A stretch of 64,000 bases of DNA from Gemmatimonadales bacterium (lineage in GTDB: Bacteria > Gemmatimonadota > Gemmatimonadetes > Gemmatimonadales > JACORV01). The translations under genes were made by a program, and so were the position numbers. Under the pieces are notes generated by a model. The model worked only from the letters and a program-made list of their open reading frames with translations, made no database searches and was not told where the DNA came from. Of the stretch, positions 1-11,343 are shown piece after piece; within the stretch, counting starts at the first letter, position 1, and each line of letters starts with the position of its first letter. The stretch lies in assembly GCA_035623755.1 (NCBI GenBank), contig DASPSV010000032.1, positions 10,765-74,764 of the forward strand. Direction: 5' to 3'.

Positions 1-1950
1 TCGCGCGCGCCGCCTCGGCGCTGCGCACGGCGTCCCGCACCTGCAGCGTGAGCACGTAGTGCCCCGGCGGCAGGCGTCCGGGATCGACCACGAGCGTCTC
101 GATCGCGGGATCGTCGGCCGGCAGCTCGCGCCGGAAGGCGATGCTCGTCACGTGCTCCCGCGAGAGGAAGCGCAGCAGGCCGCGGCGCGCGCGCGCGAAC
201 CGGTAGACGGCGTCGTAACGGGCGACCCCGGCGTCGTCGGCGAGCCCGTAGACCTCGGCGTACACCCGCAGCGACCCGGCGCCGGAGATCCGCAGCGCCG
301 GCGGCGCCGCGGCCTCGAGCCGCGGACGGGACGGCGGGGCGTCGCCGGGCGCGATCAGCAGGCTCGAGACCGCGAGCGAATCGGTCGCGAAGCGCAGGAC
401 CGGGAGGCTGCCGCGGAACCGGCCCGTCCGCCCGCCGCGCTCGGCGTCGATCGCGAGTACGTAGAGACCCGGCGGCGCCGCGAGGTGTAACGGGCCGGCG
501 GCGGCGGAGTCGCGCGACGCCTCGCGGCCCTGCGCGTCGTAGAGCACCGCGGTGGCGGCCACGCCGTCCGGGAACAGGACGACGTCCGTGGTCCGGCCGG
601 TCCCGCGCCGGAACTCCGCCGGCCAGAACGCGAAGCCGAGGGGTGCGGGGGCGCCGGAGCGGTCCGTGCGCAGGAGGTAGTCGGCCGCCTGCGCCTCGCC
701 CGCCACCACGGGCGTGACGACCTGGTCGCCGCCGCCGTCGGAGGTGCGGCGCACGAACGTCACCTGCAGCGGCCCCTGCGCCAGGTCGTAGCGCCACGTC
801 TCCGCGTCGTTGCTCCAGAAGTACCGCTCGTCCGGATTGCCGTAGCGCACCAGGATCCGGCCGCGGTCGTCGAGACCGTCCTCGAGGTTCAGGGTCTCCT
901 CGGTCGTGTCGTCGACCCGCGGAGCGACGCCGGCCGCGACGGCAACGTCACCCGCCCGGGGGGCGCGGGTCGTGGCGATCGCCGCCCGCACGTCGCCGAG
1001 CTGTGCCGAGTCGGAGAGGCCGACGCCGCCCTGCAGCGTCCGCCACAGGCGCGAGTGATGCCAGCGCGAGAGCGGGTGCAGGAGCGCGAACAGGCGCCGG
1101 GCCTCGGCGAGGCGGCGGAAGTGCTCACCGATCCGCCCGTTGACGGTGTCGCGCACGTCGGGATTGCGAAGCGCCCAGAACACGCGCAGGAACGCCTCGC
1201 GCTCGCCGGGCGCGAGGGCGGCGTGGGCCACGCGCTCGTCGGGCGCCGCGATGCCGCGCACCTGGCGCCACAGCAGGTCGCCGGTGTCGTTCACCGCCCG
1301 CACCAGGGCGGCGTCGTAGTCCTGCGCGCCCTCCGCGTCCCGGGCCTGTTCGAAGCGCGCGCGCGCCAGCCAGGCCCACGGCGCCGGGTCGCCGGGGTGG
1401 GCCGCGGCGAGGGAATCGAGCAACGGCTCGGCCTCCGCGTAGCGTCGCAACTCCACGAGCAGCTGGGCGCGCCACTGGTCGGCGGGGAATGCGCCCGCGT
1501 GACGGGCGAGCGCGTCCGCGGCGGCTGCGCGCTCGTCGTCGCCGCGGTACAGCCCGGTCCACAGCGCCCAGGCGTCCCGGTAGTCGGGCTGCAGGGCGAG
1601 GACGCGGACGAGGGCGTCGCGGGCGATCGCCTCGCCCTCGTCACCGGCCAGCCGCAGGCCGACCTGCGCGAGGTAGTAGAACGGGCCCGGACGGTCCGGA
1701 GCGAGCGCCCCGGCGCGGGCGAAGAGCGACTCGGCGTGGTAGCGGCCGAACACCGGCCAGGCCAGCCAGACGCGGCCGAGGAGCGTCAGGGCGGCAGGAT
1801 CGTCCGGCCGGTCGCGCGCCGCGCCCTCGGCGAGCTCCCGCGCCTCCCGGAGGCGGCCCGCGCCGAGGAGCGACTCCGCCCGGACGAGGACCGGCGCCGC
1901 GGGGGCCTGCTGCAGGGCGAGGACGGCGGCCGCTAGGGCGAGCGTGCGAG
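1..1950 (-). CDS. GWxTD-like domain protein with N-terminal TPR-like repeats (3' end runs off the left edge; start codon unresolved)
   Basis: Absent from the ORF track because it has no stop inside the window. My reverse-strand translation of 781-1980 is one unbroken frame: ..RTLALAAAVLALQQAPAAPVLVRAESLLGAGRLREARELAEG..YYLAQVGLRLAGDEGEAIARDALVRVLALQPDYRDAWALW..EREAFLRVFWALRNPDVRDTVNGRIGEHFRRLAEARRLF..EDGLDDRGRILVRYGNPDERYFWSNDAETWRYDL. This matches the pattern of GWxTD-domain proteins. No ATG/GTG/TTG lies near the signal-like N-terminus. Confidence 0.6.
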
Positions 1951-2427
1951 CACCTCCTGGATGGCTGCGGCGTCCTCGGCGGTGTAGCCGTAGAGCACCA
2001 CGTCCACGTGCACCCGCTCGCGCTCCGCGTCGCGCGCCGCCGCCACCATCGTCTCCACCGCCCGCCGGAAGGGGAAGCCGCCCACGCCGGTGCCGAGGAT
2101 GGGGAACGCCACGTCCGCAATGCGGTGGCGGGCCGCGAGCCGCAGCGCGGCCAGGGTCGCGTCGCGGATGCTGCGCTCGCTCACCGGCTCGTCGCCCATC
2201 GCGGCCGCGTGGATGACGTACCGGCAGGGCAGGTCGCCGGCCCCCGTGAGCGCGGCCTCGCCGACCCGGATGGGGCCGTGGCGGTCGCACTCGTCCTGGA
2301 TCGACGGGCCGCCGCGCCGCGCGATCGCGCCGGCGACGCCCGCGCCCAGGATCAGGTGGTTGTTCGCCGCGTTGACGATGGCGCTGCCGGCGTACGTGGT
2401 GATGTCGCCCCGCGCCGCCCGCAGCAT
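1933..2427 (-). CDS. Macro domain protein (ADP-ribose binding / O-acetyl-ADP-ribose deacetylase family)
   Basis: 164-aa ORF. Contains GDITTYAGSAIVNAANNHLILGAGVAGAI and FPILGTGVGGFP, the hallmark macro-domain motifs. Confidence 0.9.
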   Translation of the reverse strand: MLRAARGDITTYAGSAIVNAANNHLILGAGVAGAIARRGGPSIQDECDRHGPIRVGEAALTGAGDLPCRYVIHAAAMGDEPVSERSIRDATLAALRLAARHRIADVAFPILGTGVGGFPFRRAVETMVAAARDAERERVHVDVVLYGYTAEDAAAIQEVLARSP

Positions 2428-2428
2428 G

Positions 2429-3262
2429 TCAGGGCTCTTGCTTGAACCGCTTGCTCATCTCGTCGAGGAACCGGCGCTCCTCGGGCGTGAGGCTCGAGAG
2501 GCCGCCGGCGGAGATCTTGTCCAGCACGCGATCGACCTCCTTCAGCGCCTTGGGGTCGGCGCCGCGGCGCCGCAGGCCGAAGGGCGCCGCGCGCCTGGCG
2601 TGGTGGGCCGCCGCAGGGTGCACCAGGACTGCGGAGCCGGCGCCGACCGGCGTCCGGCGCCCCAGGCCGCCGACGAGCCGGCCGCCCCGCAGGTACAGGA
2701 ACGCCGCGCCGAACCCGCCGAGGTGGGCGAGGTGCGCGATGCCGTCGTGCGAACGCAGCACGACCGGCAGGAGGTCCATCGCGGCGAAGAACAGGATGAG
2801 CCACTTCGCCTTGACCGGCACCGGAAGCGGGAAGACGAAGATCGGCGCGTCCGGCCACTCGAACACGAAGCCGAGCATCACGCCGAAGATCGCGCCCGAA
2901 GCGCCGATGATCACCGCGTCGCCCGCCAGCGGCAGCAGCGCCAGGCTGAGCAGCGCCCCGCCGAGCGCCGACACGAGGTACAGCCGCAGGAACCGCGCGC
3001 CGCCGAGCCGGTCCTCGACCAGCGGACCGAACATGAACAGCGCGAGCATGTTGAAGAAGATGTGCAGGAAATCGTCGTGCAGGAACGCGTAGCTGAGCAT
3101 GCTCCACGGGTGCGCGAGCACGGCCGACGGCCGGAAGCCGAACATCTCCCTCAGCCACGGGCCGGTGAAGACCGTGAGCTGAAGGAGGTACACCAGGCCG
3201 TTGGCGACGAGGAGTCGCCGGACCCAGCGGGTCAGGAAGAACGGCGTGCCGTCGTAGCGCAT
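2429..3262 (-). CDS. Rhomboid family intramembrane serine protease
   Basis: C-terminal 277 aa of track ORF 2429..3595, with start reset to M112 (MRYDGTPFF). Multiple TM helices, catalytic GASGAIFG and downstream HLAHLGG. The upstream extension is R/G-rich and overlaps ddl. Confidence 0.85.
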   Translation of the reverse strand: MRYDGTPFFLTRWVRRLLVANGLVYLLQLTVFTGPWLREMFGFRPSAVLAHPWSMLSYAFLHDDFLHIFFNMLALFMFGPLVEDRLGGARFLRLYLVSALGGALLSLALLPLAGDAVIIGASGAIFGVMLGFVFEWPDAPIFVFPLPVPVKAKWLILFFAAMDLLPVVLRSHDGIAHLAHLGGFGAAFLYLRGGRLVGGLGRRTPVGAGSAVLVHPAAAHHARRAAPFGLRRRGADPKALKEVDRVLDKISAGGLSSLTPEERRFLDEMSKRFKQEP

Positions 3263-3291
3263 GCGCTCCACCGGACAGGTATCCCCGGGGC

Positions 3292-4304
3292 CTACGGCTT
3301 TGTTCCGCGGCGCGCGAGCGCCAGCCGGCAGACCGATTCCGCGAAGGCGGGGAACCCCATGCCGGCGGCCCGCGCCGCCTTGGGGATGAGGCTGGCGGCC
3401 GTCATCCCCGGCGCGGTGTTGGCCTCGAGGAAGACCGGGACGCCGCCCTCGCCGACGCGGAAGTCGACCCGGCTGTAGCCGCCGAGCTTGAGCGCGCGGT
3501 GCGCGCGCTGCGCGGCGTCCTGGGTCCGCGTCGCCAACGCCGCCTCGATCGGCGCCGGGCAGATCTCCTCGGACATGCCGGGCTGGTACTTGCACTCGTA
3601 GTCGAACATCTCGTGCTGCGGGCGGATCTCGATGACGGGCAGCGCCTCGTCGCCCAGGATGCCGACGGTCAGCTCGGTGCCGCCGACGAAGCGCTCGATC
3701 ATCACCTCGTCGTCGAAGCGCTCGGCGAGCGCGACGGCGGCGGCCAGCTCCGCCTCGCGCTTGACCAGCGTGAGACCGACCGAGGAGCCCTGCTTGGACG
3801 GCTTCACCACGCAGGGGAACCCCACCGCCCGGCGCACCGCGTCGGCCGTGGCCGGTCCCATCAGCCAGTCGGGCACCGCGATGCCGTTGTCCCGCACCAC
3901 CCGCTTGGCGAGGTCCTTGTCCATCGCCAGGGCGGACGCGAGGTGGCCGCTGCCGGTGTAGGGGACGCCGATGACGTCGAGCACGGCCTGGACGGTACCG
4001 TCCTCGCCCTGGCCGCCGTGCAGCGCGATGAACACGACCTCGGCGTCGCGCACCGCGGGCACTTCGCCCAGGCCCGCCGACAACATGCCGCGCTCGAGCG
4101 CCTTGAGCCGCTCGAGCGGCGGCGGCTCGCGCCCCACGCCGGCGGGCAGCAGGGCGGCCTCGTGCTCGGCGGGCACGTAGCCGGTGGCGAGGTCCACCAC
4201 GTGGACCGTGTGGCCGAGCGAGCGCAGGGCGGCGGTGATCTGCAGACCGGAGGCGAGCGCCACGTCGCGCTCGGCCGAGGTGCCGCCGGTCAGGACCGCG
4301 ACCC

Positions 4305-4308
<4 letters not shown>
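3292..4308 (-). CDS. ddl: D-alanine--D-alanine ligase
   Basis: 338 aa. N-terminus MRVAVLTGGTSAERDVALASG and an ATP-grasp body (VVKPSKQGSSVGLTLV, EANTAPGMT). Confidence 0.95.
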
Positions 4309-5686
<1,378 letters not shown>

Positions 5687-5690
<4 letters not shown>

Positions 5691-6103
5691 CGCGCCGGCC
5701 CGGCCGACGGCTCGGAGCCGTGGCGGAAGACGACCGGTTGATAGAACGCCATGCCTACGGGCCGGCCGTTGTGGTGGGCCGGTGCGAACTGCAGCAGGGC
5801 GGCGCCGTGCACGGCGGCGGTATCGAGCCCCGGCGTGCCCGACGACTCGGCCACGCGGGTGGACTCGGGGCGCACCCGGCCCGCCGAGTCCACGTAGAGG
5901 CGGAGCCGCACGTCCCCGTCCACGCCGTCGTCGTAGAGACTCGCCGGGTACTGGAACGGCGACTCGCCGTTGATCGCGACAGGCACGTCGTTCTCCATGC
6001 TGGGCGGCGCCTGGGCCTGCTCGCGACCGCGGCAGGCGGCGGCCGCGAGCGCGGCGGCGGCCGCGGCGCGGCACAGGGAGCGCAGCGTTGGTCGGCTCAT
6101 CAC
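5687..6103 (-). CDS. TonB C-terminal-domain lipoprotein
   Basis: 138 aa. Signal plus lipobox-like AAAACRG, then PFQYPASLYDDGVDGDVRLRLYVDSAGRV..NGRPVGMAFYQPVVF, typical of the TonB_C fold. Confidence 0.7.
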
Positions 6104-8679
6104 GCCTCCTTGGGGGCGCGGGGCGCGGCGCCGCCCTGCGCCCGGCGCTGCAGGTCCGCTAGCCGCGCCAGCGCCTCGCGCGGCGTGAGGCCGTCGAGGT
6201 CGAGCGCGCGGAGCTCGGCGAGGAGCGGATCCTCGGCCGGGGTGAACAGCGCCAGCTGGTCGGCGGGCGAGGGCGTCGTGGCCACGCGGTGCCCGGCTTC
6301 GAGCGAGCGCAGGACGGCACGCGCGCGGTCGAGCACCTCCGGCGGCAGCCCGGCGAGCCGCCCCACGTGGATGCCGTAGGAGCGGTCGGCCCCGCCCGGA
6401 CGCAGCCGGTGAAGGAAGATGACCTCGTCGCCGGACTCGTGGACGGCGACGTTGAAGTTCACGACCCGCGCGTACCGGTCGGCCAGCTGCGTGAGCTCGT
6501 GGTAGTGGGTGGCGAACACCGCCTTGCAGCCCACCCGCTCGTGCAGGTGCTCCGCCACCGCCCAGGCGATCGCGACGCCGTCGTAGGTCGAGGTGCCGCG
6601 GCCGATCTCGTCGAGCAGCACCAGGCTGCGCCGGGTCGCGTTGTGGAGAATGGACGCCGTCTCGCTCATCTCCACCAGGAACGTGCTCTGGCCCCGCGCC
6701 AGGTCGTCGCTGGCGCCGACCCGCGTGAACAGGCGGTCCACCACGCCGATCCGCGCGGCGCGCGCGGGAACGAACGAGCCGGCCTGGGCCAGGATCACCA
6801 GCAGCGCGACCTGGCGCAGCACGGTGCTCTTGCCCGCCATGTTCGGTCCCGTGACGATCATGATCTGGTGATCGACGTCGAGCCGGAGGTCGTTGGGGAT
6901 GAACGCCTCGCGCGGCATCACGCGCTCGACCACCGGGTGCCGCCCCGCCTCGATCTCGAGCGCGAAGCCGTCCCCGACCTCGGGCCGCGTGTAGCCGCCC
7001 TGGGCCGCGACGTCGGCGAGGCTCGCGACCACGTCCGCCGCGGCGATCCGCGCCGCCGTGTCCTGGGTTCTCCGGATCGCCCGCCCCACCACGTCGCGCA
7101 CCTCGCCGAAGACGCGCTCCTCGAGGGCCGCGATCTGCTCCTCGGCTCCGAGCACCTTGGCCTCGTACGCCTTGAGCTCCGGCGTCACGTAGCGCTCGGC
7201 GCCGGTGAGCGTCTGGCGCCGCTCGTAGTCGGCGGGCACCGCGTCCCGGTTGGCGTGGGTGACCTCGATGTAGTACCCGAACACCTTGTTGTAGCCGACC
7301 TTGAGCGAGCCGATGCCGGTGCGGGCGCGCTCCCGGGCCTGGAGCGAGGCGATGTAGGCGCGCCCGCCGTCACGCAGCGAGCGCAGTTCGTCGAGTGCGG
7401 CGCTGTGGCCGGGCCGGATCGCGTCGCCGTCGCCGAGCGCCGCGGGAGGACGGTCCACCAGCGCCGCGGCGAGCGCGGCGGCGACGTCCGCCAGCAAATC
7501 GAATCCGGCGCCGAGGTCGTACAGATCGCCCAGCACCGCCGTGAGGGCCGGCAGGCGCTCGAGCGACGAGCGCAGCGCGCCGAGGTCGCGCGGCGTGGCG
7601 CGGCGCGCCGCCGCCTTGGCGCCCAGGCGCTCCACGTCGCGTACGCCGTCCAGCGCCTCGCGGAGCGCGGCGCGGCGCGGCTCGTCGGCGACCAGCGCGC
7701 CGACGGCGTCGAGCCGGGCGGCGATCGCCGCCGGGTCGGTGAGCGGAGCCAGGAGCCAGCCGCGCAACAGGCGCGCGCCCATCGGCGTCATGGTGTGGTC
7801 CACGACCGCGAGGAGCGTCGCCTGCTCGCCGCCCGCGCGCAGCGGCTCCACCAGCTCGAGGTTGCGGCGCGTCATCGCGTCCACGTGGAGCTGTCCCTCC
7901 ACGCGCCGGGCCACCGGCCGGCGCAGCTGCGGCAGGCCACCCGGCTGGAGCTCGCCCAGGTAGCGGAGCAGGGCTCCGGCCGCCCCCACCGCGAGCGCGT
8001 CGTCGGGTCCGAGGCCGAGGCCGTCCAGCGAGGCGAGCTCGAAGCGCCGGGCCAGGTCCTCGCCCGCCAGGGACGGATCGAACTCCCACCGCTCCCGGCG
8101 CGTGACCAGCACGCCCTGCGGGGCGAGCGCGGCGGCGCCTTCGGGGACGATGACCTCGGACGGGTTGTAGCGCTGCAGCGCCGCCTCGAGCGCGGCGGCC
8201 GGGGCGCTCTCCAGGACGAACTCGCCCGTGGAGAGATCCGCCGCGGCGAAGCCGGTGCGTGCGCCGTCGGTCGCCAGGGCGACCAGGAACGTGTTGCGGC
8301 GCTCCTCGAGCAGGTCGTCGGCCATCACCGCGCCGGGGGTCACGACCTCGATCACCTCGCGGCGCACGATGCCCTTGGCGAGCTTCGGGTCCTCGACCTG
8401 CTCGCAGATGGCCACGCGGAAGCCCCGCTCCACCAGGCGCTTGATGTAGACGGGCGCGGCCTTGACGGGCACGCCGGCCAGCGGCACCTCCGACGCGCCG
8501 CCATTGTTGCGGGAGGTGAGCGTGAGGCCGAGCGCGCGCGCACCGACCTCCGCGTCGTCCTCGAACATCTCGTAGAAGTCGCCCATCCGGAACAGCAGGA
8601 TGGCGTCGCGGTGCCGCGCCTTGATCTCGCGGTACTGCTGCATCAGCGGCGTCGAGACGTCGATGCCGGGCAGGGTCAC
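6100..8679 (-). CDS. mutS: DNA mismatch repair protein MutS
   Basis: Start reset to GTG (V315 of ORF 6100..9621). TPLMQQYREIKARHRDAILLFRMGDFYEMF, Walker A GPNMAGKSTVLRQ, DEIGRGTSTYDG. Confidence 0.95.
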   Translation of the reverse strand: MTLPGIDVSTPLMQQYREIKARHRDAILLFRMGDFYEMFEDDAEVGARALGLTLTSRNNGGASEVPLAGVPVKAAPVYIKRLVERGFRVAICEQVEDPKLAKGIVRREVIEVVTPGAVMADDLLEERRNTFLVALATDGARTGFAAADLSTGEFVLESAPAAALEAALQRYNPSEVIVPEGAAALAPQGVLVTRRERWEFDPSLAGEDLARRFELASLDGLGLGPDDALAVGAAGALLRYLGELQPGGLPQLRRPVARRVEGQLHVDAMTRRNLELVEPLRAGGEQATLLAVVDHTMTPMGARLLRGWLLAPLTDPAAIAARLDAVGALVADEPRRAALREALDGVRDVERLGAKAAARRATPRDLGALRSSLERLPALTAVLGDLYDLGAGFDLLADVAAALAAALVDRPPAALGDGDAIRPGHSAALDELRSLRDGGRAYIASLQARERARTGIGSLKVGYNKVFGYYIEVTHANRDAVPADYERRQTLTGAERYVTPELKAYEAKVLGAEEQIAALEERVFGEVRDVVGRAIRRTQDTAARIAAADVVASLADVAAQGGYTRPEVGDGFALEIEAGRHPVVERVMPREAFIPNDLRLDVDHQIMIVTGPNMAGKSTVLRQVALLVILAQAGSFVPARAARIGVVDRLFTRVGASDDLARGQSTFLVEMSETASILHNATRRSLVLLDEIGRGTSTYDGVAIAWAVAEHLHERVGCKAVFATHYHELTQLADRYARVVNFNVAVHESGDEVIFLHRLRPGGADRSYGIHVGRLAGLPPEVLDRARAVLRSLEAGHRVATTPSPADQLALFTPAEDPLLAELRALDLDGLTPREALARLADLQRRAQGGAAPRAPKEA

Positions 8680-9599
8680 GGGATCGGCACCACGAAGGGG
8701 TGCCCGCCGGCCAGGCGCTTCAGGCGCGTCGCCGCGGTGTCGGCCTGCGCGTCGGTTGGGAACGGGCCCACCCGCAGACGCAGGAGTCCATCCGCGCCCT
8801 TGACGATGTGACCGTGCTCGCCGGCGCGCTTGAGGCGGGCGAGCAGCGCCTGCGCCGTGCGACTGGACCGGGTGGCCGTGACCTGGACTTCGTACTGCGT
8901 CGCCGGCGCTCCGGCGGCGGTGTCCTTCGGCGCCCGAGCGGCGCCCGGCGCGGACCTGGCCGGCGCGCGGCCGGTGTCCCCCGGGGAAGCCGAGTCGGCG
9001 CGCGGCAGGTTGGCGCAGCGGCTGCGATAGAAGGCGACCTGGTTCAGGAACTCCACGTCGCCTGACGACTCGGTGCGCGCGGAGTCGAGCAGGGCGCAGG
9101 CGGTCGCCGGATCGCCGGCTTCGAAGGCGGCGCGCCCGGCCCACAGGGCCGCACGGCCGCGAAGCGGGCTCGTGGGATAGTCGTTCCTCAGCCGTTGGGC
9201 GAGCTGCAGCGCTCCCGCGCTGTTGCCGGCCGCCATCGCCAGCTGCGCGAGCTGCAGCAGGGCCTCGTCCGCGTACGGCGACGTGGAGTACTCGATGGCC
9301 ACGCGCCGCAGGTCCCGCTCGGCGCTGTCCCCCGACGCCGCCAGCCGCCCGCGCCAATAGAGCGCCTCGACGTAGGCCGGGTCGCCCGGACTGGCCTTCG
9401 CCAGCTCCGCCGCCACCAGATGCCGGGCCGAGTCGCCGCGCCCTTCGGCGGCGAGCTGCACCGCCGTGCGGAGCGCGGGATTGTCCTGCGCGAGGCAAGG
9501 ACGCACGGGCGCCCAGGCGCACCAGAGGCCGGCGCCGAGCACCGACCACCGAATCCGCCGGGCGCCGGCGCGCGTGTGCGCCCGTGCCGCCGTCTTCAC
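8676..9599 (-). CDS. TPR-repeat protein with C-terminal SPOR (peptidoglycan-binding) domain
   Basis: Start reset to GTG (V267 of ORF 8676..10397). Signal-like N-terminus, TPR-like repeats, and a C-terminal YEVQVTATRSSRTAQALLARLKRAG..LLRLRVGPFPTDAQADTAATRLK segment. Confidence 0.75.
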   Translation of the reverse strand: MKTAARAHTRAGARRIRWSVLGAGLWCAWAPVRPCLAQDNPALRTAVQLAAEGRGDSARHLVAAELAKASPGDPAYVEALYWRGRLAASGDSAERDLRRVAIEYSTSPYADEALLQLAQLAMAAGNSAGALQLAQRLRNDYPTSPLRGRAALWAGRAAFEAGDPATACALLDSARTESSGDVEFLNQVAFYRSRCANLPRADSASPGDTGRAPARSAPGAARAPKDTAAGAPATQYEVQVTATRSSRTAQALLARLKRAGEHGHIVKGADGLLRLRVGPFPTDAQADTAATRLKRLAGGHPFVVPIP

Positions 9600-10669
9600 G
9601 CCACCGCCCCGGCGGCGACACCGAGCGACAGCACGACCTCGGCGACGACGCTCTCCTCGTCCGACAGCGCGGTGCTCTTGAGCCTCGCGTCGGCCTTGAG
9701 CAGCGCCGCCAGCCCCGCGTCCAGCTCCTCGGCCGACCAGCGGGCGGCCTCTCGGACCCAGGCCGCGGCCTCGTCGCCCCAGTTCCTCAGGCCGAAGGGC
9801 CGCGCGGCCTGGATCGCGCGGAAGACCCGGTCCCGCGTGGCGGCGCTCGAGTCGCCCGCGTCGAGGTGGGACCGGGCGAGCGAGAGGCCCACGAGCGCGG
9901 TACCGAGTGCCGAGACCAGGCGCACGCCCGACGTACCGGGGCTCGCCAGGAGCTGCGGGACCATGGCGGCGGCGTCGGTGAAGCGCCGCGCGGTCACCGC
10001 GCCGACGAAGTCGGCCGCGGTCTCCCCGTGACGCACGCCCACCAGGGCGGTGACGTCCGCGACCGTCACGGCGCGGCCCTGGGCGGCACCGGACAGCTTG
10101 GCCACCTCGGCCGCGAGCTGGGCGAGATCGTCGCCGACCGCCTCCTGGAGATGGCGCGCCGCGTCCTCCTCGAACGTGATGCCGGACTGCTTGGCGTGAT
10201 GGTGGATCCACTTGAGCACCCGCCCCGGCTCCAGCACCTCGAAGTCCACGCCGGCGCCGGCCTGCTCCAGTCCGGCATCGGGCGGCGTGCCCGCCGACTG
10301 CACCAGCACCAGGACCGTCTCGGGGAGCGGCCGCCCGACGTAGGCCAGGACCGCGCCCCGGAGCGCCTGCTGCCGGGCCCGCTTCTGCTGCAGGCACTCC
10401 ACCTCGCTCACCACCACGCAGCGCCGCGCCGCGAGCATGGGCGGCGTCTCGACCAGCGAACGGAACTGATCGGCCGACAGCTCGGGCGCCCGCCGGCGAT
10501 CGAGGTTGAAGTCCCGGGTGGCCGCGTCGACGGCGAGCTCCGTGATCCGGCGCACCGCCTCGTCCTTCAATAGTTCTTCTTCGCCAAAGAAGTAGTAGAC
10601 AGGCTGGACCTCGCCCTTGGCGAGGGAGCGCTGCAACGCATCGAACGACCGGCCCGGCATCGGGCGCAA
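9596..10669 (-). CDS. holA: DNA polymerase III delta subunit
   Basis: 357 aa. N-terminus ..VYYFFGEEELLKDEAVRRI.. and overall HolA-like layout. Confidence 0.85.
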   Translation of the reverse strand: MRPMPGRSFDALQRSLAKGEVQPVYYFFGEEELLKDEAVRRITELAVDAATRDFNLDRRRAPELSADQFRSLVETPPMLAARRCVVVSEVECLQQKRARQQALRGAVLAYVGRPLPETVLVLVQSAGTPPDAGLEQAGAGVDFEVLEPGRVLKWIHHHAKQSGITFEEDAARHLQEAVGDDLAQLAAEVAKLSGAAQGRAVTVADVTALVGVRHGETAADFVGAVTARRFTDAAAMVPQLLASPGTSGVRLVSALGTALVGLSLARSHLDAGDSSAATRDRVFRAIQAARPFGLRNWGDEAAAWVREAARWSAEELDAGLAALLKADARLKSTALSDEESVVAEVVLSLGVAAGAVA

Positions 10670-10708
10670 CTTAGCCCGAAACGGAGGACCGCAAAAGGTT
10701 GGTCGGCG

Positions 10709-11275
10709 CTACGGCCCGCCCCAGACCGCGGGCACGTCGAATCGAACGGGATCCTGCCCCGGCGCGGGGGGAGACGGCTCGATCACGAGGATCGCATTCA
10801 ACGGGTGGAAGGTCACGAACGGGAGGCGGGGAAGGTCGACGGGTGTCATCGGGGGAAGGGGACGCGGCTGCGCGGCGACGGGCATCAACGGGACCGGCGT
10901 GTGCGTCGAGGCCACGGCGACCCAGGCGGCCGCGGCGCCGCGGCGCGTGGCCCGCGTCTGCAGCCAATCCCAGCCGATCAGGCCCGCGGTCGCCACGACG
11001 AGAAGCGTTGCGACCGCCCCCGACCAGCGGATGGCCCCTGGGATCCGTACCGCCAGCTCGCCGCGCAGGCGGCGGCGCAGGGCGGGACCGAAGGCGCGTG
11101 AGACGCTGACGGATGGAAGCTCACGCAGCATGTCCACGCCGGCCCGCAGCGCCCGGTCGAAACGCCGGCATGCGCCGCAGCCGGCCAGGTGCGCATCCGC
11201 CTCCGCCTTCCGGCGAGGCGTCAGCAGGCCGTCTGCGAACTCGGAGTAATTCTCTCGGAACTCACAACAGTCCAT
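10709..11275 (-). CDS. Anti-sigma factor (zf-HC2 type, single TM)
   Basis: Start reset to M237 (MDCCEF) of ORF 10709..11983. C-x..HLAGCGACRRF zinc-finger motif, a central TM helix, and a position immediately downstream of the ECF sigma gene. Confidence 0.7.
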   Translation of the reverse strand: MDCCEFRENYSEFADGLLTPRRKAEADAHLAGCGACRRFDRALRAGVDMLRELPSVSVSRAFGPALRRRLRGELAVRIPGAIRWSGAVATLLVVATAGLIGWDWLQTRATRRGAAAAWVAVASTHTPVPLMPVAAQPRPLPPMTPVDLPRLPFVTFHPLNAILVIEPSPPAPGQDPVRFDVPAVWGGP

Positions 11276-11306
11276 GCGGGTCCTGGCAAAGACCCTTGTC
11301 TTACCG

Positions 11307-11339
11307 CCGGGGGGGCCGCCTGTTCCGCGGCCCCCCCGG
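11307..11339 (-). other. Perfect 13-bp GC hairpin between the sigma and anti-sigma genes
   Basis: CCGGGGGGGCCGC-CTGTTCC-GCGGCCCCCCCGG in the 68-nt intercistronic gap. Confidence 0.7.
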
Positions 11340-11343
11340 GGCG

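Noticed and set aside
1933-2427. Programmed -1 frameshift fusing the macro-domain protein to the GWxTD/TPR protein
   Set aside because: The downstream frame is geometrically reachable by -1, but I see no slippery heptamer or stimulatory structure at the junction. The sequence right after the junction also looks like an N-terminal signal peptide, which makes no sense internally.
6289-8811. 840-aa plus-strand ORF
   Set aside because: It is exactly antisense to mutS. The peptide is R/G/H/D-rich with no motifs. Long antisense ORFs are expected at this GC content because stop codons are rare.
8680-10397. Long N-terminal extensions of track ORFs (for example 6100..9621, 8676..10397, 4305..6074, 20165..22003, 22199..23848, 55195..56892, 34384..36006, 35355..38171)
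   Set aside because: Each extension is R/G/P-rich, overlaps the well-supported upstream gene in another frame, and precedes a conserved family N-terminus with an in-frame ATG or GTG. I trimmed them.
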